48,838 nt of DNA from Nemertoderma westbladi. Taxonomy: Eukaryota; Animalia; Xenacoelomorpha. The position numbers and the translations under genes were made by a program. Positions 46,335 to 48,838 of the stretch are shown piece by piece. Position 1 is the stretch's first letter; each line of letters begins with the position of its first letter. Under the pieces are notes generated by a model. The model was not told the origin of the DNA. It saw nothing but the letters and a program-made list of their open reading frames with translations, and searched no databases. The DNA is taken from the NCBI GenBank assembly GCA_032718475.1, contig JAUCBJ010005938.1, positions 1 to 48,838 of the forward strand, in the 5' to 3' direction.

Positions 46335-46548
46335 ATTTATATTTGTCATTGCAGGCATTAGGGACCATTCAGTATTATCAGGGGGGCCTGCATTATTTTT
46401 TCCCCCAGCAAACCCCAAAGGGTACCCATTATACCGCTGGGTTGGCGTAAGCACTACCGGTAACTTCTATTTAGTCGGATTTAAACCTGCGCCGCTAAAC
46501 AATATTGTGAAAGCAGTTCCGTCGATGTATCCACTCGGACATTGGACG
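46335..46548 (-). mobile_element. SINE family S3, copy 2 (internal deletion)
   Basis: Shares CCATTATACCGCTGGGTTGGCGT, TAGTCGGATTT.AACCTGCGCC and TATCCACTCGGACA with 45421-45599. Confidence 0.78.
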
Positions 46549-46579
46549 TATTACCCTCGTAAATAATTCTGTCCTCCTA

Positions 46580-46800
46580 AGGCAAAGCGATGTAACTCAA
46601 AAAATCGAGTTTTAAGAAAAATCAACCTAAAGTTAATGAATCTTGCACAAAAACATGTGAATATCTGTGTGAACATTTTCATCACTAAAGTTTAGTCAAA
46701 TAGTATATTGAAATACCTAGAAAGTCTTAGAGCTCCAAACTTAAGCTAGCTATTTAAAAAATGTATTTTATTTTGATTTTCGAGTTACATGGATTTACCT
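46580..46800. mobile_element. MITE with about 27-bp imperfect TIRs, TA-flanked
   Basis: TAAGGCAAAGCGATGTAACTCAAAAAATC versus GATTTTCGAGTTACATGGATTTACCTTA. Confidence 0.65.
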
Positions 46801-47031
46801 TACAAATTCTAACCAGTTTCATTATATTATTACATCATGTAAATTATATACATTTCAACAGCTGTTCCTAAGCCAAACAATGTATCTCGCATGAGATACA
46901 TGGTGTACGCTTAGTTACATGGAGTGTCATTATCACATTAGGGTTACATGGTTCTGCCTTGCACGCCTTAACAATTCATATAATGCAGTTACATTCTACC
47001 CCCTTTTTAACCGCCTTAGAGTTTAGTTTAA

Positions 47032-48780
47032 GTTCTACCACCCAACAGAAGCGCAGGTACTCTCACCAGATGGTGAAACTGAGTTTTTCTCAATCCTGGC
47101 TGGCGTACTGCAAGGTGACACATTAGCACCATTACTATTTGTAATTGTGCTGGATTACGCAATGAGGACGGCCACAAAGGGTGAAGATCTGGGATTCACA
47201 CTTCAAGAACGCAGGAGTAGTAGATATCCGGCAACTACAGTCACAGACACCGACTTTGCGGATGACATCGCCCTGCTCTCTAATACGCTAGCAGATGCAC
47301 AGCTTCTACTGAATAAAGAGGAGAGGGCTGCTAAGGAGGTTGGATTGCTTATCACTACCAAGACCGAATTCATGACCTTTAATGTTGATGGATAATAATC
47401 ACCTAAGGAAGGTCGACGACTTCCAGTACCTTGGATCATGGATAGAGAGTAGCAAAAAGGACATAGAAGTTATTTTTTTATTTATTTTCTTTTATTTATT
47501 TTTTTTTTATTTTACTTTATTTTATCATAATTTCCAGAAATACAAATTGAAGACCTACTTGGACCTACCCGGCGCGGGGTCACGTTTTCCATCTCTTTTT
47601 AGTTCTCTTTTAATTTTTCCTGAAATATGAAATATAAATTACCGAACACGCTGTCCCAACCCACTTTTTCTTATCTTATTTTCCGGGAATATAAATTGCA
47701 AGGCTACCTGGACCTTCCCGGGCGCGGGGTCACGCAGTGCTAGCGTTAGGTAATAATTAAATAATATAACGCCCTCTCTATAGCGCAGCTTTCAATAATT
47801 TAAATAATGTTAATGTTTAGTATGTTAATGTCCACTAGCTAATATGCTAATGTATTAATCTTATTAAAGTAAATTATACAAAATTATAGAAATGGCTACC
47901 AACAGACATTCAATACACCCCCCCCCCCCCCCTTCCCCCCAACACTGCCATACCGTCCCCTTACTAGTGCAAATGAATAAACATATCAGAAAATTCTAAA
48001 TTATGAGTACACAATTGTGACATCAACCCCCCCCCCCCCCCCTCCCCCACTCTCCCCCCACCTCCGGTCGTTCGCGTCTACTAGCTCCGCTAGTTAGCGT
48101 AGCTTACCGTTTCCTTATTCTTACCTATTCCACCCTAACACTCGATCCCTATTCTCAATATTTTACTGAATAAGTGAATTGGTGTTGGGTGTTATTTTGG
48201 ATTGTACATTAATTTGCTATATTTAAAACAAGGAATTAAATATATTAATTGCATAGAAGTTAGGAAAGCAAAGGCTTGGGTAGCTCTATCAAAAATGGAT
48301 ACCATCTGGAAATCAGATCTCTTCAAGCACCTGAAGACTAAGTTCTTTCGAGCCACAGTGGAAAGTGTATTTTTATACGGGGGTGAGACCTGGACACTGA
48401 CTAAATCACTTGAACAACGAATTGATGATTGCTACACAAGACTACTAAGGGCAGCCCTAAACATCAGCTGGAGACAACACATGACAAACGCCGAGCTTTA
48501 TGGTACAATACCGCCTGAATCAACCACCCTCCGTGAACGCAGATTAAGATTCAGTGGGCACTGCTGGCGAAGTAAAGACGAGGTCATACCAGATCTACTT
48601 TTCTGGCAACCAACTCATGGAAAGCGTAGTCGTGGACGACCAGCCATAACATATATAGATCAACTTGAAAGGGATACTGAACTTGGGAGAAACGAAATTG
48701 CGACAACTATGGAGAATCGGGAAGCCTGGAAGGATCTCATTTCCACTGTCCGAGTTCGCTCGACCTAGTAGTAGTAGTAG
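47032..48780 (+). mobile_element. 5'-truncated RTE-like LINE family B with (TAG)n tail and 15-bp TSD, split by a nested insertion
   Basis: GVLQGDTLAPLLF, DFADD, YLGS and [10 protein letters not shown] motifs. TAGAGTTTAGTTTAA occurs at 47017-47031 and 48781-48795. Confidence 0.95.
47473..48251 (-). mobile_element. 779-bp non-coding retroposed insertion with A-rich tail and 11-bp TSD inside the LINE
   Basis: CATAGAAGTTA is duplicated at 47462-47472 and 48252-48262. A T-rich run marks the left end. Removing the insert restores KKDIEVRKAKAW. Confidence 0.88.
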
Positions 48781-48838
48781 TAGAGTTTAGTTTAACTTCG
48801 ACCACCAGATAGAGCTCGCCGTAAGCTTTAAAATGATC

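Noticed and set aside
5956-48045. Functional G-quadruplex system from many poly-G/poly-C tracts
   Set aside because: The tracts mostly sit in or beside repeats and show no consistent strand or position pattern.

Overview
AT-rich, repeat-dense animal (invertebrate-like) genomic DNA, not prokaryotic. The main feature is one spliced gene on the minus strand, coding span about 8839-40351. It encodes an SLC4-family Na+-coupled bicarbonate transporter (NCBT; NDAE1/SLC4A7/8/10-like). I rebuilt it by hand from GT-AG sites and reading-frame phase. Five short 5' exons plus a single 2680-nt terminal exon give 1108 aa. Two or three symmetric phase-2 micro-exons could extend this to about 1161 aa. The terminal exon holds the whole membrane domain with no introns, which suggests 3'-biased, cDNA-mediated intron loss. 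A 9-kb, 53-bp satellite in the 3' intronic region reads on the gene's sense strand as about 170 copies of a GTAAGT...CCCCTACAG mini-intron plus 5 nt. A 60-bp array after the first coding exon repeats that exon's splice donor 9 times. The rest consists of truncated RTE-like LINEs (two families, one copy with a clear target-site duplication (TSD) and a nested insertion), tRNA-derived SINEs, many MITEs (some nested), minisatellites and a CCAAT/CRE promoter-like cluster. All coordinates were read by eye and no database searches were run.
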